This document shows, piece by piece, positions 1 through 11,874 of a DNA stretch of 64,000 nt. The translations under genes were made by a program, and so were the position numbers. Each line of letters opens with the position of its first letter. The stretch's first letter is position 1. A model generated the notes under the pieces. The model did no database searches and was not told the DNA's origin. It saw only the letters and a list, made by a program, of their open reading frames with translations. Source of the stretch: the human T2T-CHM13v2.0 reference genome, Homo sapiens; assembly GCF_009914755.1 (NCBI RefSeq), contig NC_060930.1. One strand, written 5' to 3'.

Positions 1-236
1 TACAGTAAGGGAACATCAGTTACCAAGGAAGTTTTCCCTAATACCCCAAATACTTTAGATATGCCCTTACCAAGAAGCCAGCAGAACTGATAATCATTTG
101 TACCCTTATGATATACTAAGCTGATTTATAAAACACGACTTGGTGAACACCAAAGTTTAATGGGCTGAAATAACTAACATTCCTAAAAAACTGGTGAATA
201 ATCAGATGAGGGAAAATGTCTCTGAGTTTTACCTAC

Positions 237-400
237 CGCTTAAGGGCTCCGCTGCAGAGGTAGGATTCTCCAGAAAAATGTTTTCCTCCTCCTCTGTTGT
301 CAACAGCACAAGAAAAGTAAGGAGGTTTGCACCATTCCGTCCCCAGCTCCAGCTCTAAGCTGTCAGTCAGGAACGTCGATGCAGCAGAACAGTTCTCCAT
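237..400 (-). CDS. MMS22L: MMS22L first coding segment (exon 2; codons 1-54 plus 2 nt of codon 55); gene continues beyond the left edge of the window
   Basis: Reverse complement of 400-237 reads ATG GAG AAC TGT TCT GCT GCA TCG... = MENCSAASTFLTDSLELELGTEWCKPPYFSCAVDNRGGGKHFSGESYLCSGALK(R), which I recognise as the N-terminus of human MMS22L (C6orf167, TONSL partner in replication-fork repair). Strong Kozak ACAATGG. Ends at donor AAGCG|GTAGGT (237/236). Too short for the ORF track. Confidence 0.95.
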
Positions 401-476
401 TGTTTACTTCATGTTCTGAAACACTTGGGGTTCGTCGTATCATTAAGGGCTCCAAAGAGAAGGTGTGAAGAGATTC
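401..476 (-). other. MMS22L: 5'UTR part of MMS22L exon 2 (whole exon 237-476)
   Basis: Acceptor CCCCACCCCCCCCCCCCAACAG|GAATCT at 477/476, followed by 76 nt up to the ATG at 400. Confidence 0.85.
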
Positions 477-908
477 CTGTTGGGGGGGGGGGGTGGGGCC
501 GAGAGAGTGGGGATTACTTCAGAAAGTTCTCAAGACGTCCGCCAGCAGGAAGGAAAAACAAACGAACAAACCCAGAGGCCAAATTCCCAATTCCCCCTCG
601 CCCTCCGTCCATCAAGGCTGTCAGAACTTAAGACAAAATGCACAACCAACTGGCTGTGGCAGGGACCTCGAAATCCGGCCACTAAGTCGGGCTCTGCAGC
701 CCAGGACAAGGTGAAAAGCAAAGAAATGTCTGCAGGACATAGCGTCCCGGGCTTGCCTAGAACTGCGCCCTCCGCAACGTTTCTAAACCACTCTCCGCCC
801 GTTTCCCAGCAGCAGGGTGGAGAACGCTCCCTCCCCGGCTCGGGGTGGAAATTAGGAAAGCAACCCCTAGGGCCAACCCCGACCCTCCAAGGAGGAGGCG
901 AGACCCAC

Positions 909-1100
909 CAGGCCCACGCCTGGCAGCACTCGGGCGGAGAAGGCGGGGTGCCGGTATCCCGCGTACCCGGCTGCAGCAAGGACCCGGGGCGTCGGTTACC
1001 CGCGGTGCCTGTCGTACCCGCTCACATTTCCAGCTCCCGAAACCTGCCTCCTGTGACCCAGACCACCAACAGGAATCTTTGGGGTCTAAACCGCAAACAG
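909..1100 (-). other. MMS22L: MMS22L non-coding exon 1 (TSS approximate)
   Basis: Donor GGCCTG|GTGGGT at 909/908 inside the CpG island. The junction to GAATCTC... matches my recollection of the mRNA. 5' end is an estimate near the E2F site. A second possible donor AAT|GTGAGC lies at 1026/1025. Confidence 0.7.
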
Positions 1101-1114
1101 GCGAAATTCCCGCC
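1100..1114. promoter_or_regulatory. Back-to-back E2F sites
   Basis: GGCGAAATTCCCGCC = TTTCGCC on the minus strand plus TTCCCGCC on the plus strand, at the estimated TSS; fits an S-phase/replication-repair gene. Confidence 0.7.
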
Positions 1115-1133
1115 ACCGCGCGCCCGCGCTCCG

Positions 1134-1307
1134 GAAAGGCGGGGCCACGGCGCAGCCCTCCCCCGGCTACCAATCGCCTCGCGATATCTGCGCGGAAACA
1201 GTCGGAGCCCCACGAATTCTCGCGAGAGTCCGTCAGTCCGGGACGAGGTACTGAGAAACTTTTTTTTTTGTACCTTTAATTGGTGCGTTCGGCTGAAAGG
1301 CGGGGCC
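1134..1307. promoter_or_regulatory. Paired GC boxes (SP/KLF) and CCAAT boxes (NF-Y)
   Basis: GAAAGGCGGGGCC at both 1134-1146 and 1295-1307; CCAAT at 1170-1174 (+) and ATTGG at 1279-1283. Confidence 0.7.
1218..1227. promoter_or_regulatory. BANP/ZBTB33-type palindrome TCTCGCGAGA
   Basis: Perfect TCTCGCGAGA at 1218-1227; a second near-match (TATCGCGAGG on the minus strand) at 1177-1186. Confidence 0.8.
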
Positions 1308-2402
1308 TGGTAAAAAAAAAAAAACAGAACTGCTGCTGAGGCGGAGGAGAGGACTTAAGGACTATGGGTTTATCCTCTGGCCGGACCAAAGAGAAGATAT
1401 TTACTCCAGTGAGTGCGAAGTGAGTGCCTCGTTCACACCCACAGTCGCGCCGTCCCCTCTTCCCGCTCTGGGGCCAGCAACTCTTGTTAGAATGCAGATG
1501 CCTTTTGTCCATGGACTGTGAGGCAGGCAAGTGCAACAATTAATTTTCTCTGTAACAGATGGAACAAGTAGACAGAAAATTAGTATGGATATGGAAAACT
1601 TGGAAAGCACTAACCAACTTGACCTAATTGACGTTTATAGGTGACCAACCCAACAATAGCAGAATACACACTCCTGTCAAGTGCACATGAAACATTCACT
1701 AAGCGATACCATATTCCGAGCCATAAAACAAATGTCATCAACTTTAAAAAGATTTAAATCGTACAAAGTGTATAGTCTGATCATAATGGCATTAAACTAG
1801 AAATAAAGTAGATACTTGAAATACTCTAAATATTTGGAAATTAAGAATCATACTTCTAACTAACCTGTGAATCAGGAAAAATCACAGGAAAATTAGAAAA
1901 TACGTTGAATTAAATTAAAATGAAAACACTAAAATTTGTAACAGTACCTGCTTACATTAAAAAGAAGAACTCAATTCAATAAACTTTTGTCTTAAGTAAC
2001 TAGAAAAAACCCCCAGCATATTGAAACCAAAGCAAGCAAAATGAATGAAATGATAAATAGTAGAAATAAATGGGATGAAATAAATGGAAGGAAATACATG
2101 CAAAAGTTGTTTTTCTAAAAGAGCAATATAATTGATAACCCCCCTACCCAAACTGATAAAGAAAATAAACAAATTATCAGTATCAGGAATTAAAAAGGTT
2201 TCATCACTATGAAATTTAGTCATTAAAAGGACAAGGATATTAAAAGAACATTATGAACATTTTTATGCCAATAAGCATAGGTGAAATGGACAAATTCCTT
2301 AAAAGACGCAAACTGTCAAAAATCAACAAAAGAAGAAAATTTGAGTATCTCTGTATTTATCGTAGTACTCAGAATCTTTGGTTAAGCCTCCCTCCTCTCT
2401 CT

Positions 2403-2405
<3 letters not shown>

Positions 2406-2445
<40 letters not shown>
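2406..2445. repeat. (CA)n microsatellite
   Basis: About 20 CA units after a short CT run. Confidence 0.95.
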
Positions 2446-2447
<2 letters not shown>

Positions 2448-2474
2448 ACTTCTTACAAGAAAACTTCAGGCCAG

Positions 2475-2765
2475 GGCAGGCACAGTGGCTTTGGGAGGCT
2501 GAAGTAGGTGGATCCCTTGAGACCAGGAGTTCCAGACCAGCCTGGGCAACATGGTGAAACCCTGTCCCTTGTCTCCACAAAAAAAATACAAATATTAGCC
2601 AGGCGTGGTGGTGCTCATCTGTAGTCCCAACTACTTAGGGAGGCTGAGGTGAGAGGATCACTTGAGCTGGAGAGTTCGAGGCTGCAGTGAACTGTGAGTG
2701 TGCCATTGTACTCCAGCCTGGACAACAGAGCAACACCATTTCTCAAAAGCAACAAAACAAACAAA
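2475..2765 (+). mobile_element. Alu (AluJ-like) with a left-arm deletion
   Basis: Dimeric Alu; gtggct|ttgggagg lacks about 21 nt of the core; J-type gaggctgcagtgaactgtga. Confidence 0.9.
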
Positions 2766-2924
2766 CACTCTCCAGGCCAAATGGCCTTACTATTAAATTC
2801 TCCCAAACATTTAAGGAAGGAGTAATACCAATTCTATACTAACTCTTAGAGAAATTAGGAGATTGGATGCTTGTTTTATGAGGCTAGCACCACACTGGTA
2901 TCGAAACCTGACAAAAGACAATTA

Positions 2925-3326
<402 letters not shown>

Positions 3327-4529
3327 TTAGGAATGCAAGGTTATTCAAATTTCTACAAGTAATCAGTTCATTATATCAAGTCTATAAAAAGAAAAACTGT
3401 CATCTCAATAGACACTGAAAGATCACTTGATAAATTCAACATCTATTCATGATAAAAACTCTCTGCCAACTAAGAATGGAAGAAAACTCCCTACCTTATA
3501 TGTGATATCTATGACAAACCTGCTATTAATATCATACTTAGTTATAAAAATGTATGTTCTTTTCCTAAGATTGAGAAAAAGGCAATGATGTCCACTTTTT
3601 CCACTTCTCTCAACATTTTACTGGAGGTAACTAGTCAATGCAATAAGGAAGATGAAGAAATAAATGTCATATAGATTGAATAAGAAGAAGTAAAACTGTC
3701 TTGATTTTCAGATGACATAATTATTCATATAGAAAATCCTAAAAAAATCTCTACAAATATATATAAAAACTATGAGTTCAGCAAGGTGGCGGGGTTCAGT
3801 GACACACAAAAATTAATTGTATTTTATAGACATGAAAAGACAATTTGAAAATTAGAGTTTAGAAAACAACACCATTTAATGACATAAACAAGGTTTAAAT
3901 TTAACAAAATATGCGTCAGATTTTGTTTGCCAAGGATTCCAAAATATTGCTGAAAAAAATTCAAGAATATTCAAGTAAATAGAATGAGATAGCATAATCA
4001 TAAATTGGAAGACTCAATATTATTAAAAGTTCTTCTGAAGTTTATCTATGGCTTCAAAGGACTGCCAATCAAAATCCTAATCCCAGAGAACTTTCTTTTG
4101 TAGAAATTGACAAATGCATTCCAAAACTGATATGGAAATGCAAAGGGCCTAGATTAACCGAAACAATTTTGAGTAAGAATAGTGTTGAAAGAATTCCAGT
4201 ACCTAATTTCAGGACTTGCCATTAAGTTACAATAATCAAAACAGTATGATTTTGATCTAAGGGTAGACATAGCCAGTGGAAAAGAATAGAGACTCCAGTA
4301 ACAGGCCCCCATACACGTTTGATCAGCTGCTTTTTGGCAAAGGTAATTCCATGGTGAAAGGATAGTCTTTTCAACAAATAGTGAGAGAACTATTGGATAC
4401 TGATACACTTAAAAATGAACCTACCTCATATTATAAAATTTAACCCAGTAAGGATCATAGACCTACATGTAAAAGCTAAAACTCTTAAAAACTTTTAGAT
4501 ATTCAGCTTGCTAGTAATCAAGAAAATGC

Positions 4530-5831
<1,302 letters not shown>

Positions 5832-6717
5832 TTAATAATGTATTCTTGTGTTTTCAGGTATCAGACTCAAAGTCAAACAATTTAATATGAATGTCATGTT
5901 TTGTAGGAGGGAAACTTTTCACAAATTCAACTTAATATGATATATTCCACTGATTGAAAGGTCTCAGTTTCAGAAAGTTTATGATTTTAATTGAAATCTT
6001 ATTTAAAGTTTAAGACTGTTCCTTCTTATCCCTTAAATGTAAATGAGGATCACCTTACCACTTTATAGTAACTGCTGTTAAGTCTAGAATTGGATTCAAC
6101 ATTGTAGCAATATCTGACCAATATTAACTCCAGTTCTAATGATCTTATTATTACAGTTGGACACTGTTGAGGATACACTGAGATAGCTCAACTTAGTTAT
6201 GGCTTTTAGTTCTGTGCTGTGCTATTGAAAATACTAGGTTATCTCCATGAGCTATCTATTGTAAATGTTTATACAACCTACTGTAAGCTGACTTTCTGTT
6301 GACCCACAGTATTTTAATGCACTAATTTTGTGCAACAGATAATGAACTCTTAACCTCTCAAGTGCTACTCCCTGGCACACATATTATGATTTAAACAACT
6401 ACTTCAGTAGCAACAGAGAAATGTAGTTGGTTAAGAAGGAACAACTTTCCTATAAAAGGAAAAGGACTTTTCATACAACTGTTCAAGGCACTTAGTCATT
6501 AACAAGGGAATACACCACATAGAACTTTGAAAAAATCTACATACAAGAAAAACTCCATTATTGATCCTCATTCATTTTTCTATAGCTTTATCATCTTTCC
6601 CTCCTGCTTGTGCTCTTAATCCATTTTCTTTTACCTCCAGGAGCTTGATCCTTCAATTACCACTATTTCTTCAACCTTCAACCACTCCCTCTCTCCTGTC
6701 TTCTTTCCCAAAGCCTA

Positions 6718-8060
6718 CTGTGATAGACATCTTCTAAGATTGCTCTCAGTAATATCTGCCAGTATTCATGTCCTTGTGCAGTCTTCTCCCCTTGTGTGGG
6801 CCGAACCTAAAGACTTGCTTCTATTGACCAGAATAAGGCAAAAAGTGATGAGATATCACTTCCACAATTAGTTTACAAAAGACTGTGATTACATCTTGCT
6901 AGAACTCTCTCTCTCACTAACATTCTTCCCCTGTCAGCTTCTTGATTAGTTCACTTCGATGCAGTAAACTTCCATGTTAGAAAGGCCCACATGGCAAAAA
7001 CTGAGAGCAGACTCTGGACAATAGGTAGTGAAGAACCATGGTCCTCAGTCCATCAGTCCACAAGGAACTGAATTCTGCCAACAATCATCTGAGCGAGTTT
7101 GGAAAGCAGATTCTTCTGCAGTTGAGATTTGAGATGACTAGGCCTGTATCTATTGTATCTAATACAATAGATAGCTCATGGAGATATATAGTAAATAATT
7201 TAATCTTGTCCAAAAAGGAGTCTGGGCCTTTGCCCTTGGCTTATGAGAGGTAATTTCTAAGCCTCTGGAATGTTGTGTCTGATAAGAGTGTCTTTTTTGC
7301 CTGGGGCCTAGGATCATACAGGATAATCTAACAGTGTGATTTGGGCTGGCAGTTGGCCATGGCTGAAAGATCAAAAATGTAATTTAGGATGGGTCTTTGA
7401 GTCACGTGATATCAGTCTGGAGACTGAGATCAACCATGTGGGTAATCACTCTAACATGCCTGCATAATGAGGACCCACTAAAAACTCTGAACACTGAGGC
7501 TCAGGTGAGCTTCCCTAGTTGGCCGTATTCTGTGCATATTTTCACACGTTGATGCTGGGAAAGTAACACATCGTGACTCCACTGGGAAAAGAAAACAGAA
7601 GTTTCACCAAACAGAAGTTTGATACTTTCTCATATGGGTTTCTTCTCTTGGCTGATTTGAATCTGTATCCTTTCCTTGTAACCATAACTGTGAATATAAT
7701 AGTTTTCAATAAGTTCTGTGAATTTCTCTAGCAAATTATCAAAGATTAGGGTGGTTTTGAGAACCCCTTGGACCTATAATTGGAGTGAAAATTGAGGGCA
7801 GTGGTAGTGTGGACTGTCTGCCCCCAACTTCACGGTTGGCTAAACTATTTTAGCAACATTGCTGCCAGTCACCCATGGTGACTGACAACTTGACTGCACC
7901 TGTGAAAGTCCTTGAAGCAAAGGATTCAGTTAGCCCACCTCCGGATTTCTAGATGAGATAATAAAATTTTGTTATCTTGAGAAACTATGAGATAATTTGT
8001 TGTTTCAAGCCACTAAGTCTTGGCGTAACCTATTACATAGTAATAGATAATTAATATAAC
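6718..8060 (+). mobile_element. MLT1E/F-like MaLR LTR interrupted by a second LTR
   Basis: 5' part 6718-7140 (aaggcccacatggcaaaaactgag...aaggaactgaattctgccaacaa); 3' part about 7880-8060 (ttgtttcaagccactaagt...aatagataattaatata). Confidence 0.7.
7190..7860 (+). mobile_element. MER21-like LTR nested in the MLT1
   Basis: ctctggaatgttgtgtctgataagagtgtc...aaaactctgaacactgaggctcaggtgagcttccctagttggc, typical of the MER21 family. Confidence 0.65.
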
Positions 8061-8091
8061 TAATAGCATACTTTTAAAAAAACAATAAAGC

Positions 8092-8345
8092 TTGCTTCAA
8101 GCCAAGAGTTCAATATCAGCTTGGGGAACAAAGCAAGACCCTGTCTCTACAAAACATTTAAAAAATTAGCTAGGCATGGTGGCACATGCCTATAGTCCTA
8201 GCACTTTGAGAGGCAGAAACAAGATGATTGCTTAAGCCCAGGAGTTGGAGGCTTCAGTGAGCTATGATTGCACCACTGCACTTCAACTTGAGTGAAAGAG
8301 CAAGACTCTGTTTCTGAAAAAATTTAAAAAATTGAAAAAAAATAA
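8092..8345 (+). mobile_element. Alu (AluJ-like, 5' truncated)
   Basis: Starts mid left arm; right arm and A tail present. Confidence 0.85.
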
Positions 8346-8348
8346 AGC

Positions 8349-8650
<302 letters not shown>

Positions 8651-8809
8651 AAGCAAAACAAAACAAATCTTGTTTTCTTGTATTTAAATAGTCACATTGA
8701 TTCCAAATCTAACCAAATGATAATAAGCACCCTTCACGTCTCATGCTCTCTATATATCTTTTAACTAATATCCTTATTTTTAGAGCATTTTTAGGATTAT
8801 TAAAAAAAA

Positions 8810-8952
8810 TTTTTTTCACCTTTTATTTTTACAGATGGAGTCATGCTATATTGCCTAGGCTGGTCTTAAACTCCTGAGCTCAAGGGATCCTCTCATTCTC
8901 AATTCAGCCTCCTGAGTAGCTAGGACTACAGGCATATGCCACTGCACCCAGC
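8810..8952 (-). mobile_element. Alu monomer (FLAM-like) within an L1M 3' fragment
   Basis: Single antisense arm; flanks tttttagagcatttttagg...gtttacagaaaaat resemble an L1MB/MC 3' end. Confidence 0.75.
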
Positions 8953-9133
8953 TTGAATTTTTAGGTTTACAGAAAAATCGAACAGAAAGGACAGAGAGTT
9001 CCCATGCATTCCCTTACCCTTCTTTGTACATAAATTACCTTACCCTTTTTCACACTCTGTATTTTTTCCTAACCAACCTACTCCAAACACATTTTCTATT
9101 ACTACTTCCATGCAGATTACCTATTTAAAATAA

Positions 9134-9374
9134 GCTGGAGTGCAGTGGCGCGATCTCGGCTCACTACAAGCTCTGTCTCCCAGGTTCACACCATTCTCCT
9201 GCCTCAGCTACTGCAGGCGCCCACCACCACGCCCGGCTAATTTTTTGTATTTTTTTAGTAGAGGCGGGTTTTCACCGTGTTAGCCAGGATGGCCTCAATC
9301 TCCTGACCTCGTGATCTGCCCGCCTCGGCCTCCCAAAGTGCTGGGATTACAGGCGTGAGCCACAGCACCTGGCC
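9134..9374 (-). mobile_element. Alu (AluY-like; tail lost, internal deletion)
   Basis: CpG-rich; caagctc and caccattctcc diagnostics. Confidence 0.9.
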
Positions 9375-9692
9375 AAAATTGAGATTTTTTATTGTTATGT
9401 CCTCAGGATTTAGGATAGTACCTGTATATGTGGTAGGTCCTTAAAAATATTTTTGATTAAATGAATAGAATGTTGCCTTTAGCGTTTAACTACTGATAAT
9501 CATATCTTAGTTTTGGAAATCTTTTTGAAAGATGTTATTATGTCACTTTCTTTTCCTCAAAATTTCTGCTGAGGGACAAACCTGAGAAAAATAGCTGTAA
9601 TGTATCCAATATTCTAACTGAGGTGCTAGACCACTATTGCAAAGGAGGTGGCCAAAATTTACTTTTATCAGCAAATTTGCTTTTATTAGCTC

Positions 9693-9696
<4 letters not shown>

Positions 9697-9744
<48 letters not shown>
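9697..9744. repeat. (TG)24 microsatellite
   Basis: Uninterrupted TG run. Confidence 0.95.
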
Positions 9745-9748
<4 letters not shown>

Positions 9749-10189
9749 AAATAATTCACTGGGGGGATAAAGTTTCTAGAGTTAGGATTTCTTTAGAGAC
9801 TAAATATGGAAAGGTGCAGTGTTTTCACTCTCCTTTAAGCTAAATAGGGGAACTACAGAGAATCACTTTGAGAGGCTCACATGTATCTTCTGGCACTTGG
9901 AACGCATAGAAATTGATCCCTGTCTGGATGCTGACATCTGAAGGCAAAAGGTTGGCTAGAGTGGCTCTTGTTGGCAGGGCAAGGAGTGAGTGCTGTGGAA
10001 GGAATACGCTGTATTGCCACTGGGGTAGGGAAGTAGTGTGTGAACCCCTGAGGCAGGGAGCCAGACCTGGGTTGCCTTGGGAGGGAGCTTGTCCAAGAGG
10101 ACTGCTTGCAGGCATCGGGTAGCATCAACAGAAAGAGACTGGAAACCAGGTGCTGAGGGGCAGTCAGTGGCAGCCGGCAAGGGAAGGCA

Positions 10190-10520
10190 CAAATTGGATC
10201 AACCTCTTTGCTTAAAATCCTGCAGTGGCCTCCTATTGTACTTACAGTGAAATCTATACTCCTCACCTTTGTGATTTGAGCCCTTCCTATGCCCACAGTC
10301 TTATCCTTTACTATTTTACACCTCTCTCACAAAATGTCAGCCACATGACCTTGTTTCAGTTCTTCTCATACACTGTATTCTTTGCTGCCTCAACATGTTA
10401 GCACAAACAGTGCCTTATGCCAGGACGATTTTTTTCTCTTGCTTTATCTAGGCTTGGCTCCTTTTTGTCTTTGAGATCTTGGCTAAATTTCCTTGCCTCT
10501 TAGAGACACTCAATGGACCC
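10190..10520 (+). mobile_element. L2 fragment
   Basis: gcttaaaatcctgcagtggcctcctattg...aaatctatactcctcacc, typical of the L2 3' region. Confidence 0.65.
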
Positions 10521-10549
10521 CTCAATTTAACATAAGTTTAATAATTTGA

Positions 10550-11010
10550 GTTTGGCAAAGTTGCAAGTGGCATAAAACTCAACATAACCGTAACTTAACA
10601 AGAAAAAAGGTTTCTATTCCTTTTGTGAGTCAGGTAGTCAGTCTAGATCTGGTAGACCTTTATGGTGTCAGGATCCAAGGATCCCTAATCCTGTCTTCAC
10701 AGTGTGTGGCCTCTACTTTAAGTGTGCATCATTGTCCATGAGGGCTGTTCCTGCTGCAGCCAGTACACGTATATTCCAACTGGCAGGAAGGGGAAAATGG
10801 GAAAAGGGCACTTCTAAGGTCAATTCTAGAAGTTGCTCATACTACATCTGTTTACATACCACTGGCTTGAACTTAGTCACACACTCCCATTTAGCCACAA
10901 ATTAGACAAGCTGGGAAAGATTATCTTTATTCTGGGTGGCCACATGCCTAACTAAAATTAAGGGGCAGGTTAAAATGCATCTATGGGACTACTGATAGTT
11001 GCTCCCACAA
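10550..11010 (-). mobile_element. Old MLT1 (K/L-like) LTR
   Basis: ttgcaagtggcataaaactc...gaacttagtcacac...gctgggaaagattatctttattctgggtggcca. Confidence 0.55.
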
Positions 11011-11309
11011 ACACCCATCAGTTCTGTTTTCTCACAGCACTTAAGTTATAGAAGCTAAAACTTTTCTCCCTTGTGGAAGCTTTCTTTGATCACTCTGTCT
11101 AAAACAAATTTCTGTAATTTACTTTATTCTTTATTTACTTTAATCCCACCAGGCAGAGAAGGGGGTTCAATTGCAAGTGACAGAAAATTCAGTTTTAAAA
11201 TGGCTTAACAAGGAAACAGTTTCGTTCCCATTCACGTGGAAGTCATGTAATCATTCTAGGATTTGCATGGTACTCTATGGTATCCAGAAAGGGAATGAGT
11301 TAAGTTATA

Positions 11310-11528
11310 TCAGTCATCAAACTGTATCCTGTGGGCCAAAGCCACTTACCACCTGGTCTTGTAAGTAAAGTTTTATTGGAACATAGCCACACCTATTGGT
11401 TGAAGTATTATTTATAGTTGCTTTCTCACTAACTCTTTCTAACTTATGGCAGAGTTGAGCAATATAGCCCACAAAGTCTAAACTATTTACTATCTAGCCC
11501 TTCAAAGAAAATGTTTGCCAATACCTGA
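11310..11528. mobile_element. MER58A-like hAT-Charlie DNA transposon
   Basis: tgtgggccaaa...gtaaagttttattggaacatagccacac...aaaatgtttgccaatacctg. Confidence 0.8.
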
Positions 11529-11874
11529 GTTATGTTAATAGGTTTGCTGAATAGCATGTATTTACAGGCATTACTCTCCTTGGAGCTGTAAGATTTTTTC
11601 CTTAGAAAGCCAGTAGTTGTAAGAAGAAGTGTTTTAAATTTGTTCCTACAACACCCCACCACACCCCCAATTTCTTCTTTAATTTCTGTTTTCTGTGGGA
11701 GGTTAGTGAGATTAAGACTCTTTAATTTTCTCCCTTAGCATTGTTAGCTGTCTAATCCTCATAATATCACGATTCTAAGAATCAGAGTACCAGAGCAGGA
11801 AGGTGCCATGTGTCTTACCCTATGGGGCACTCTGGTGTGCCACCTAGATTCCTAAATCTCTTTCTTATTTTCTT

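Larger units (their letters stand above)
740..1470. promoter_or_regulatory. CpG island / MMS22L promoter, probably bidirectional
   Basis: Abrupt GC- and CpG-rich stretch against an AT-rich, CpG-depleted background; contains exon 1 and clustered promoter motifs. Confidence 0.9.

Noticed and set aside
240-453. TTAAGGGCTCC repeated at 240-250 and 443-453
   Set aside because: A single 11-bp repeat with no flanking structure; compatible with chance.
465-1313. 282-aa plus-strand ORF and other overlapping ORFs across the CpG island
   Set aside because: Starts at GTG, is antisense to MMS22L exon 1/intron 1, and is low-complexity P/G/R/S-rich with no recognisable domain; long open frames are expected in stop-poor GC-rich DNA.
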